From assembly GCA_965219955.1 (NCBI GenBank), contig OZ244799.1, positions 1,056,001 through 1,120,000 of the forward strand: a stretch of 64,000 bases of DNA. The letters run 5' to 3'. Positions 9,668 through 17,493 of this stretch are shown piece after piece (position 1 is the first letter of the stretch; the number at the start of each line of letters is the position of its first letter). The stretch comes from a bacterium (GTDB lineage: Bacteria; UBA8248). The position numbers and the translations under genes were made by a program. The notes beneath the pieces are model-generated. The model saw only the letters and a program-made list of their open reading frames with translations, searched no databases and had not been told where the DNA came from.

Positions 9668-10927
9668 ATGATTACACTGATTGAAGCCTTGAATTATCGA
9701 TGCTTGCGGTACGTGTCGAGACCTCTTGAGCCATTTCACGTTCTGGTCGGACCGAACGCCAGCGGCAAGACGACCTTTCTCGACGTCGTCGGATTTCTTC
9801 GGGATCTGGTATCCGGGGGATTGGATGAGGCGTTATCCAGCCGAACCACGAACCCGGAAGAACTCCTCTTTCGGCGTCAGGGCGAGAAGCTGGAACTTGC
9901 AGTTGAAGCCCGCATACCCGATGAGTTGCGCGAGCGAACGGCGAAACCGGAAATGGGCGCGGCGCGCTACGAGGTGGCCATCGGCTTCGATGGAACAAAG
10001 CGCCAGTTCGAGTTCAAGGCCGAGAAATTCTTGCTCAAGAAAACCCGGCTTACAGAGCCTGCCCAGCATTCACTATTCCCCATGCCCGCCGACGCGCCGG
10101 CATCGCTGTTGACAACGAAAGGTAGCCGTAACTACAAAACCGTGGTCAACAAAGTACAGGATGGAAATGACAATTTTTACAGCGAGACCTATCCCCAGGG
10201 GGGAAAGGGTTGGACCCCCTCATTCAAACTTGGGCCGCAAAAATCGGCCCTCGGCAATCTTCCAGCGGATGAAAAATCCCTTCCGGTGGCCTCGTGGTTT
10301 CGAGAATACCTGAAAACCGGCGTACAGCAGTTTGTTCTGAACAGCCTCGCGATCAGACAACCCAGCCCACCGACCCGAGTAACAGGTTTTTTACCCGATG
10401 GATCGAATTTGCCCTGGGTGGTCGCCCGTCTACGGCAAGAGAACAAAGACAGGCATGGTGACTGGATTGCGCACCTTCGGACGGCGCTCGACGATCTCGT
10501 AGATATTACGACCATTGAGCGCCCGGAGGATAAACATTGCTATATGGTCTATGAATATAAGGGTGGTTTGAAAGTGCCTTCGTGGATGGTGTCCGATGGC
10601 ACGCTCCGGCTTACGGCACTGACCTTGCCTGCTTATCTCGACGAGTTGAAAGGGATCTATCTGATCGAAGAACCGGAGAACGGCATCCACCCACGCGCCG
10701 TGGCGACCGTTTATGATTCTCTCTCCTCGGTGTATTCAGCCCAGGTCCTGCTGGCGACTCATTCACCGGTGGTCTTGAGCGAAGCTAAAATTGACGATGT
10801 GCTGTGTTTTGCCAAGGATGGTTCGGGAGCGACGGATATCGTTCTTGGTTCCAAGCATCCCAAACTACAGGAGTGGCACGGAGAAGCCGATCTTGGGACG
10901 TTACTCGCCTCAGGGGTTTTGGGTTGA
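9668..10927 (+). CDS. ABC/AAA_21-type ATPase, defence-associated (resembles MADS Mad3 and OLD-type ATPases)
   Basis: N-terminal NYRCL, Walker A GPNASGKT, signature VSDGT, Walker B LIEEPENGIHP, H-loop ATHSP. Confidence 0.85.
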   Translation: MITLIEALNYRCLRYVSRPLEPFHVLVGPNASGKTTFLDVVGFLRDLVSGGLDEALSSRTTNPEELLFRRQGEKLELAVEARIPDELRERTAKPEMGAARYEVAIGFDGTKRQFEFKAEKFLLKKTRLTEPAQHSLFPMPADAPASLLTTKGSRNYKTVVNKVQDGNDNFYSETYPQGGKGWTPSFKLGPQKSALGNLPADEKSLPVASWFREYLKTGVQQFVLNSLAIRQPSPPTRVTGFLPDGSNLPWVVARLRQENKDRHGDWIAHLRTALDDLVDITTIERPEDKHCYMVYEYKGGLKVPSWMVSDGTLRLTALTLPAYLDELKGIYLIEEPENGIHPRAVATVYDSLSSVYSAQVLLATHSPVVLSEAKIDDVLCFAKDGSGATDIVLGSKHPKLQEWHGEADLGTLLASGVLG

Positions 10928-11550
10928 AAGACCTTGTTATTGTCGTCGCCGACAAAAACCTGGAACACGCTCTGAACGGGTTACTTTCCAGGCCGGAAGC
11001 ATTAGGCATTCGAGCCATAGAGGCGGATATCTACCGGCATCCGCAACACGATCCAGGTTGTGCAGTACACGGTGTTGAATTCATTTCCAATTTCGCCAAC
11101 CAGTATCGCCACGGTTTGCTCATGTTCGATCATGAAGGAAGCGGAAAAGAGACGACGACTACGCCTAAAGCGTTGCAAGAAAGCCTTAATGAGAGTTTCG
11201 CCATATCAGCTTGGGGCGAACAAGCCAAGGCCATCGTGCTTGCTCCTGAGCTGGAGGTTTGGATTTGGGGCAATTCTCCGCACGTCGACGAGGTGACGGG
11301 ATGGAGGAACAGGGAACCCGGTCTTCGTCAGTGGTTGGTCGAGCAAGGCTATTTGCAAGAAGGCGAAGTCAAACCCTCGCGACCGAAAGAGGCTTTCGAA
11401 GCAGCCCTGCGGGAAGCGCAAAAACCTCGCAGCGCATCTCTATATCTTCAGATGGCAGAAAGCGTTTCCTTACGTCGATGTACGGATTCGGCCTTCATAG
11501 AGTTGAAAAGCATCCTTAATGATTGGTTTCCCCCCGAAAGTGAAGTGTAG
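10924..11550 (+). CDS. ATPase partner protein (resembles MADS Mad4; possible TOPRIM-like nuclease)
   Basis: TTG start overlaps the ATPase stop (TTGA); DLVIVVADKNLE, HPQHDPGC, FDHEGSG, PELEVWIW and RPKE motifs. Confidence 0.65.
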   Translation: MKDLVIVVADKNLEHALNGLLSRPEALGIRAIEADIYRHPQHDPGCAVHGVEFISNFANQYRHGLLMFDHEGSGKETTTTPKALQESLNESFAISAWGEQAKAIVLAPELEVWIWGNSPHVDEVTGWRNREPGLRQWLVEQGYLQEGEVKPSRPKEAFEAALREAQKPRSASLYLQMAESVSLRRCTDSAFIELKSILNDWFPPESEV

Positions 11551-11563
11551 CGTATCATTCATC

Positions 11564-11676
11564 CGTGGCGGCGGTCGCGTATACGAAGCCGCTGCGGGAG
11601 GAGGCGACGGCGTAGTTTTGTAGGGGCGGGGATGTGGTAGGGACAGGCCCCTGTGCCTGCCCGAGGTCGCTGTCCC
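11564..11676 (+). repeat. Direct repeat copy 2 (orphan ydhR-like 3' end plus GTAG REP)
   Basis: Encodes VAAVAYTKPLREEATA*, versus VAAIAYTKPLREEATA* in copy 1. Confidence 0.9.
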
Positions 11677-11691
11677 GATTGATAATGCCTT

Positions 11692-11718
11692 CGTAGGGGC
11701 GGACCCGTGTGTCCGCCC
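11692..11718 (+). repeat. GTAG REP, left arm of the inverted pair around the HEPN gene
   Basis: CGTAGGGGCGGACCCGTGTGTCCGCCC; exact reverse complement at 13409-13435. Confidence 0.92.
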
Positions 11719-11811
11719 TGTTTGTTGGGAGGCCGTTGCGAAGATGAAATGTTTATTGAGCGTAACCAATGAATGACTGTAGATGTTGCATACCGCTAAA
11801 ATAGGGGCAAA

Positions 11812-13302
11812 TTAAAAAAAGTCATTCGAATCAAACTGTCTCGATTCGATTGGAAGAATAATCTTGTTCCTGTCTTTACCCTCTTCTTTGATCTGTTCTT
11901 CTCTGTGCATTGCCAAAGACAAGTAAACTAGCGCTTCCCTCGCTATTCGGAGCATTCGTAAAGTATTATCAATAAAAGCATCAAGGGGAACAAAACCATG
12001 CAACTCTGTCCCCGACATAGCTTGGCTGTAGAATTGGAGGTTCAGAAACCTATGCTCCGCACGATTTCGGAGATCGGATAACTGTGTGGCGTCGGGTTCT
12101 GCCACGTCGTTGAATTCAATTTCAAACAAATCCTTGGAAAGGAAATAGAGCCCACGAAGAAGCCAGTTCTGGTTTCCTTGAAAGATCTGCCTGAGTTGAT
12201 AACTTGTTGTACCATGTGGCTTCTCGCACCATATGTTTCTAAAGTTGACTCCTTTAGGATTGAGTCCAATAGAATAATAGTCGTTCAAGAACAAGGCTAT
12301 CTTGTCAAGAATTGCGTATGCTGCCCGGAAAGATGATTTCAATTCCTCGGTATGGTGGCCATATATATTTCCATCCGCCAAATCATACAAACTAATGTCA
12401 CGATTCACGAAGCGGTCATTGGTTTGATTTATTGCGCTGAAATAGCGATATCGAGAGCTTACAAATTCCTGCTTTAGAATGTTGTAATATTCTACAAAGC
12501 GTGGGGCTTCATCAATTTGGTATTTGTGATTTGGAAGATGAAGAATATCTCTTGCGGCTACAGAAAGTTTAAGTACATCATTTAATGGATTCAAAAACAG
12601 TTTCTCATCAAGGCACCAGCGGCGGAAATGTCGCTCTTTCTCACTATTGCCCAGCGACCATTGGTTCAAATCAAAATTGTCATCAAACTTGCAGTCTTTT
12701 AGGAAATTATCAATTTCTTTCCTGCTGTCTTGGAAGAGTGGCTTGAAATTTGAATGTTCAAATTCGTCCCATACCGCTTTTTGAGAGAGGGCGGCATCAT
12801 AACCAGAGCGAGCGGCGCCCAGCATGATTGGTTTATGGCCGGGATCATAAAGGGCCCCAGCATAATGGGAAATGGAACGGGCTTGATTACCGAGTGCCAT
12901 TGCGAAATTAGGATTTTGCTTTAAAACCGTATTCCATTGCTCGATAGCTGCGATTGGTCGTCCAAGATTATTAAGCCTATTACCGAGATTCGTGCGTATT
13001 CTGTACTGAAAGATGGCATCCACCTTGCCAAAAGCGGATTCTTTGATTGCTTGTCTAAGCGCGAGAATTTCAGCGATATTCTCAGGCTGATTCCAACCCC
13101 AAGCATAATCTGTGCCAGTCGAGCGAACAGCAAATATGCCAGCGTATGAATTAGCTTCGTAATAGCGTAGTATTACTCGCTGCTCGTCTGTGGCGACTTC
13201 TAATTTGTCTCGGCATTCTTGAGCTAATACCGCCAATGTTTTTTCGTCTTTGGCATCACATGCTGCATCAATTTGCTTACCAAGATTGAACGGGTCATCC
13301 AT
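11812..13302 (-). CDS. LA2681-family HEPN domain protein with TPR-like N-terminus (putative RNase toxin)
   Basis: LFLNPLND, YAILDKIA, LRGLYFLSKDLF and the HEPN R-x4-H motif LRNRAEH; low GC. Confidence 0.8.
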   Translation of the reverse strand: MDDPFNLGKQIDAACDAKDEKTLAVLAQECRDKLEVATDEQRVILRYYEANSYAGIFAVRSTGTDYAWGWNQPENIAEILALRQAIKESAFGKVDAIFQYRIRTNLGNRLNNLGRPIAAIEQWNTVLKQNPNFAMALGNQARSISHYAGALYDPGHKPIMLGAARSGYDAALSQKAVWDEFEHSNFKPLFQDSRKEIDNFLKDCKFDDNFDLNQWSLGNSEKERHFRRWCLDEKLFLNPLNDVLKLSVAARDILHLPNHKYQIDEAPRFVEYYNILKQEFVSSRYRYFSAINQTNDRFVNRDISLYDLADGNIYGHHTEELKSSFRAAYAILDKIALFLNDYYSIGLNPKGVNFRNIWCEKPHGTTSYQLRQIFQGNQNWLLRGLYFLSKDLFEIEFNDVAEPDATQLSDLRNRAEHRFLNLQFYSQAMSGTELHGFVPLDAFIDNTLRMLRIAREALVYLSLAMHREEQIKEEGKDRNKIILPIESRQFDSNDFF

Positions 13303-13355
13303 TCGATTAACTCTGAAAACGGGTGGTCAAAAAGGCGGGCGAAAACACATGGGAT

Positions 13356-13384
13356 GGTATAACGACGGCGAGAGATTTCGTCAA
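13356..13384 (-). promoter_or_regulatory. Sigma70-type promoter of the HEPN gene
   Basis: Minus strand TTGACG-17 nt-TATACC. Confidence 0.55.
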
Positions 13385-13408
13385 ACATATTGTGTGCGTA
13401 AGTCGATT

Positions 13409-13435
13409 GGGCGGACACACGGGTCCGCCCCTACG
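13409..13435 (-). repeat. GTAG REP, right arm of the inverted pair around the HEPN gene
   Basis: GGGCGGACACACGGGTCCGCCCCTACG. Confidence 0.92.
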
Positions 13436-13454
13436 GAAGCACTGCGATAGGGGG

Positions 13455-13667
13455 TTCACTCCCCCCTTGAGAGGGCTGTTGAAAAAGCCCTGTATGCGTC
13501 CCCTGGAAACCGCCGACGCCTCTTTCCTCACCCTGAGTAGCCGCCGAAGGCGGCGTATCGAAGGGCGAGGGGGCTCGCGCCGTGGCGAGAGGGCATCCTT
13601 CGATACGCGGCTTCGCCGCTACTCAGGATGAGGCAGTGTGGTTTTGTTCGTCATTCCGGCGAAAGCC
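13455..13667. repeat. Left part of composite repeat element, truncated next to brnA
   Basis: ACTCCCCCCTTGA, then TIR GGGCTGTTGAAAAAG (13473), CTCACCCTGAGTAG doublet and partial GTCATTCCGGCGAAAGCC; collinear with the 6323 and 28637 copies. Confidence 0.85.
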
Positions 13668-13682
13668 CCGGCGGCACCTCGT

Positions 13683-13973
13683 TTACGCCCGTTTCGAGGC
13701 CTTCGTGGCGTGTTCGCGGAGCACGCGGTTCATCTCGGTCTGGTATCCCCGACCGTTTGGGGCGTTCGACCGGAACCAGGCCACCACGTCGGCGTCGAGC
13801 CTGAGTGTGATCTGCCGCTTCACGGGCCGGTAGAGGAGGCCGCGCCTCGCTTCCGACCAATCCAGAATTTCAGGAATGTCGCTCGTATCGATCGCCTCAT
13901 CAGAAAGGCCCGCGAGCGCCTCGATTTCCGCCTTCTGCTTCCCTGTGAGTTTTTTAGAAATCGCCTTGCTCAT
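13683..13973 (-). CDS. brnA: BrnA-family antitoxin
   Basis: IDTSDIPE, RPVKRQITLRLDADVVAWFR and GYQTEMNRVLR motifs. Confidence 0.92.
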   Translation of the reverse strand: MSKAISKKLTGKQKAEIEALAGLSDEAIDTSDIPEILDWSEARRGLLYRPVKRQITLRLDADVVAWFRSNAPNGRGYQTEMNRVLREHATKASKRA

Positions 13974-14238
13974 AAGCTCTCCTCTCTCGCGCCGTGGCTT
14001 TTCTGGCGCTGATGATGCGGCCCGTCTCGGCGCCGGTTTCGCCCTGCGCTTGAGGCCATGTGTGCGCCACGATGACGACCACGCCCCCGATCATCCCGAT
14101 GGTGTGCCACCGCTCCTCGTTCGGGTTCGGGCGGTGGGCCATGAGCGGATCGTCGAACACAAGCCTTGCCGTCTCGAAGCCGAGGCCATGCTTGCGCCTG
14201 TTCGCGCGATTCTTGTCGTCATCCCATTCCCAGCGCAA
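13954..14238 (-). CDS. brnT: BrnT-family RNase toxin
   Basis: WEWDDDKNRANRRKHGLGFE, EERWHTIG and RIISARKAT motifs. TTG start chosen because the upstream ATG lies inside the promoter. Confidence 0.92.
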   Translation of the reverse strand: MRWEWDDDKNRANRRKHGLGFETARLVFDDPLMAHRPNPNEERWHTIGMIGGVVVIVAHTWPQAQGETGAETGRIISARKATARERRAYEQGDF

Positions 14239-14264
14239 CGAACCGGCTCTTTTGTCGTTATGAT

Positions 14265-14293
14265 ATTGTAGTGACATAAATGTATTTCGTCAA
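14265..14293 (-). promoter_or_regulatory. Sigma70 promoter of brnTA
   Basis: Minus strand TTGACG-17 nt-TACAAT. Confidence 0.7.
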
Positions 14294-14317
14294 GCAAGCG
14301 AATTTCGGCATGAATCT

Positions 14318-14656
14318 GTAGGGACAGGTCGCGACCTGTCCCTGCGAAATCATAACTCTTCCTTAACTTACCGGACGAGAATGACCAACTAACTAAAGAC
14401 GGGCGGACACTTAGGTCCGCCCCTACAGCGGGCCTTTTTCATACCGCGCAGGTGGCCACAAAGCCTCATCCTGAGTAGGCGCGCAAGCGCCGTATCGAAG
14501 GATGGGGAGGTGTCACCCGCCGAGCGAGAGCAATCGCTTCCGCATTGGGCGCGATTGTCCTTCGATACGCCGCCTTCGGCGGCTACTCAGGATGAGGAAG
14601 GTGGGGGGCGGAGCCTGCCCCGAGCGAAGTCGAGGGGCCGCTACTCAGGATGAGGA
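14318..14656. repeat. Cluster of GTAG REPs and CTCATCCTGAGTAG-family repeats
   Basis: GTAG palindrome 14318-14345; inverted REP 14401-14426; doublet 14464-14597; GAGCCTGCCCCGAGCGAAGTCGAGGG...CTACTCAGGATGAGG 14611-14656 (also near 28816-28860). Confidence 0.85.
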
Positions 14657-14691
14657 AGACGGGGAGGCTCGATTACAGGGAGAACCCACCG

Positions 14692-15426
14692 TCAATAACC
14701 CAAGACGCTGTAATCGCCGTCCAGGATCAGGCGGATGGAGACGTACAGCCCCAGCAGCGGGCACAGTATCCAGGGGGCATTCATCGCAAGGATGTAGATA
14801 TACAGTTCGCCCCGGCTGATCCGGGCTTGCCGGTCGGCTACGAAGAAGCTGACCAGGTAGACCGACGTCATGTACGTCAATTGCCAGAACAGCATTGCGC
14901 CGATGACCCCCGCAGCGAGGGCGGGCAACATATCGAACGTATAGGCGGCGTAGAGGATCAGCGTCGGGACCGGCGTCGCGAAGCCGTTCGCGATATCCAC
15001 GTTGAAACCGTAAGTGCGCCGGTCCGCGTAGGAGCCGTCGAACTGTGCGTACGTCGCCCAGATATCCGCCCACACCGTCGGCGACAGCGCCTTCGCAAGC
15101 GGAACTTTCGTGAGGAGGAATTCGACGGCCGGTGTTCCGCCCGCCTCGTCCCGGCGCTCGCGCCAGTACACGGTGCGCGCCTCGATGTAGTCGCGTCTTA
15201 AGAACAGGCACGCCTCGAAATAGCAGATCAGCAGATTGGTCGAAAAGAACAGGCTCAAAACGGCGTGAATGACGTCGAAATCCCCGCGAGCGAAGTAGCG
15301 GCCGCCGACCCCGGCGAATGCCAGTGTCGCGACGAGCAGCGCGGCGAGCAGTCCCGCCGGCATCCCCAGCCGGCTCAGGCGCGCGCCGCGTTCTGGGTGC
15401 GCTGGGTCGGTTCGGTATTCGGGCAT
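14692..15426 (-). CDS. Integral membrane protein, EXPERA/emopamil-binding-like
   Basis: About 6 TM segments; WATYAQFDGSYAD and MNAPWILCP resemble EXPERA motifs. Confidence 0.5.
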   Translation of the reverse strand: MPEYRTDPAHPERGARLSRLGMPAGLLAALLVATLAFAGVGGRYFARGDFDVIHAVLSLFFSTNLLICYFEACLFLRRDYIEARTVYWRERRDEAGGTPAVEFLLTKVPLAKALSPTVWADIWATYAQFDGSYADRRTYGFNVDIANGFATPVPTLILYAAYTFDMLPALAAGVIGAMLFWQLTYMTSVYLVSFFVADRQARISRGELYIYILAMNAPWILCPLLGLYVSIRLILDGDYSVLGY

Positions 15427-15528
15427 GTATCTTGATCCTCGCAGGGAGTCCAGCGTCACAACTCCCTGCATTGTAATCGATCGATGCCCCCCCGCAATCC
15501 GCACCGGTGGGTCAAACCCGATCGAAGA

Positions 15529-15749
15529 GGGGTTGTTGAAAAGTCCCGTGGAGCGATTTTGGCTGATCGCATGCTTTTGAAGTTCACTCCCCCCTTGAGG
15601 GGGAGTCGATGAAGCCGAGCGGTTTGTGCGAAGGCTGAATCGGTGGGGGGTAAAATGCGTTTTATCGCCATTCCGAATTATACCCCCACCGGTTCGCTTG
15701 CGGGCTTACGCCCTTACCTCACCGACTCCCCCTCAAGGGGGGAGTGAAT
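15529..15749. repeat. Left TIR plus ACTCCCCCCTTGAGGGGGAGT doublet
   Basis: GGGGTTGTTGAAAAG at 15529; hairpins at 15583-15607 and 15724-15749 in inverted orientation. Confidence 0.8.
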
Positions 15750-15832
15750 CTCATCTTGCTCGCTCGCCTTTATTCACTAGCACCCGCCCAGCCTCTCGCG
15801 ATATAAAGATCGAAGCCGCCGGGAGGAAGATC

Positions 15833-16996
15833 ATGAAAATTTTATGGAAGAATGCAATGCTTGCCCTCGGGTCAAAGAGGTGTGCCGCGGCCCTGCCATT
15901 GCTCCTCGCTTTGCTGCTCTCCGCACTTACCGCCACTCCCGGGTGGGCGGCGGTGCGCCAGACACTGAGCGGCCCGGTTTCTGTCGAGCAGGTGGCTGGG
16001 GACCTCGATACCCCCTGGGGGATTGCGTTCCTGCCGGGCGGGGCGTTTCTCGTCACCGAGCGTGGCGGCTCGCTTTTTCATTTTGACTCTGTGCGTCGCA
16101 GGATTAAAGTATCAGGCGTCCCGCAAGTCTACGCTTGGGGGCAGGGCGGGCTGATGGACGTCGCCGCCGCGCGGGATTTCCCCGAAACGCGCGAGATTTT
16201 CCTCACCTACTCGAAACCCCGCCGAGGCGGCGGAGGCACGGCACTGGCCGTCGCCGCCCTTTCTGCCGACAACCGGAAGCTCGAGAACCTGCGCGTCATC
16301 TTCGAGATGGCGTCGCCTTCCTCCGGAGGCCGGCATTTCGGCTCGCGGGTCATCGAGGCGCCCGATGGCACGCTCTTTCTCACCCTGGGCGAGCGGGGCG
16401 ACCCCGACAAGTCGCAGGACCTCTCGCTCCACCACGGCAAGATAATCCGCATCCGGCGCGACGGGAGCGTTCCGCCTGACAACCCGTTCGTCGGGCGGGC
16501 GGGGACGCGTCCTGAAATCTGGTCGTGGGGACACAGGAACCCGCAGGGCGCCGCGCTCGATGCGGCGGGCGCGCTCTGGGCCGTCGAGCACGGCGCGCGG
16601 GGCGGGGACGAGATAAACCGGGTGAGGCGAGGGCGCAACTACGGGTGGCCCGTCATCGCCTACGGGCGGCACTACTGGGGCGGGAAGATAGGCGAGGGCA
16701 CTGCGAAAGAGGGCATGGAGCAGCCCGATTTCTACTGGGACCCCTCCATCGCGCCCTGCGGGATGGCGATCTATTCAGGAAAGCTGTGGCCGGCCTGGCG
16801 CGGGCATTTTTTCGTCTCCTCGCTGAAATACGACCATATCTCAAGGCTGGACCCCAAAGGCGGTCTCAGGGAAGTGGAGCGACTGGCTTTCCCCGAGACG
16901 GGCCGCGTGCGCGACGTCCAGGAAGCGCCCGACGGCTCAATTTGGTTCCTGTCCGAGGAGAGGGAGGCGGTCTACAGGATCAGGCCCCTTCGGTAG
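15833..16996 (+). CDS. PQQ-dependent aldose sugar dehydrogenase (YliI/GSDH family)
   Basis: PWGIAFLP, GQGGLMDV, HFGSR, GHRNPQG, EHGARGGDEIN and GRVRDV motifs. Confidence 0.92.
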   Translation: MKILWKNAMLALGSKRCAAALPLLLALLLSALTATPGWAAVRQTLSGPVSVEQVAGDLDTPWGIAFLPGGAFLVTERGGSLFHFDSVRRRIKVSGVPQVYAWGQGGLMDVAAARDFPETREIFLTYSKPRRGGGGTALAVAALSADNRKLENLRVIFEMASPSSGGRHFGSRVIEAPDGTLFLTLGERGDPDKSQDLSLHHGKIIRIRRDGSVPPDNPFVGRAGTRPEIWSWGHRNPQGAALDAAGALWAVEHGARGGDEINRVRRGRNYGWPVIAYGRHYWGGKIGEGTAKEGMEQPDFYWDPSIAPCGMAIYSGKLWPAWRGHFFVSSLKYDHISRLDPKGGLREVERLAFPETGRVRDVQEAPDGSIWFLSEEREAVYRIRPLR

Positions 16997-17004
16997 ATGC
17001 CTGC

Positions 17005-17478
17005 TCATTTCTTCGGTTTCATTCCGTGGCCCCCATGCTTCATGGCCTTGCCTTTGCCGCCATGGGACATGCCGGATTTGTGCCCGCCGTGGCCTTTCAT
17101 TCCGCCGAAATGGAGTTTCTTGATCAGGCGGTCCCGGCCCGGCTTGGTGAAATCCAGCTTGAGCGCCCACTCTCCCGTCATTTCGAGGTGAACCCGCGCC
17201 CGGTAGGTTCCGGGGGTTCCGCCCGGTTCCGCGGGCGCCGGACGCACGTTGTGGGCGCCGGGCATGGACGGCATATCGGCGCCGACCGTGAACTCGGCGC
17301 CTGCGACCGGCATGCCGCTCTTCTTGCCCTTGAGGGAGATCATGCAGTCGTAGACCAGCTTCTTCTCCGCCGGTTTGCACTTCACCTCGGCCACCTTTCG
17401 CTCGCCCGCCGCCGCCGGAACCGCCACCAGCCAAATTCCACCGACAACTAACACGATAAACAAACGGGGCTTAAACAT
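17005..17478 (-). CDS. Exported FixH/YtkA-like Ig-fold protein with His/Met/Gly-rich tail
   Basis: Signal peptide; ADMPSMPGAH, PGTYRA and MTGEW motifs; tail GHGGHKSGMSHGG...HGGHGM. Confidence 0.65.
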   Translation of the reverse strand: MFKPRLFIVLVVGGIWLVAVPAAAGERKVAEVKCKPAEKKLVYDCMISLKGKKSGMPVAGAEFTVGADMPSMPGAHNVRPAPAEPGGTPGTYRARVHLEMTGEWALKLDFTKPGRDRLIKKLHFGGMKGHGGHKSGMSHGGKGKAMKHGGHGMKPKK

Positions 17479-17493
17479 GGTTGACCCTCCTTC

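Noticed and set aside
9543-14320. Classical integron/attC array
   Set aside because: No intI, no RYYYAAC...GTTRRRY attC boundaries seen, and the cargo genes are in mixed orientation with their own promoters
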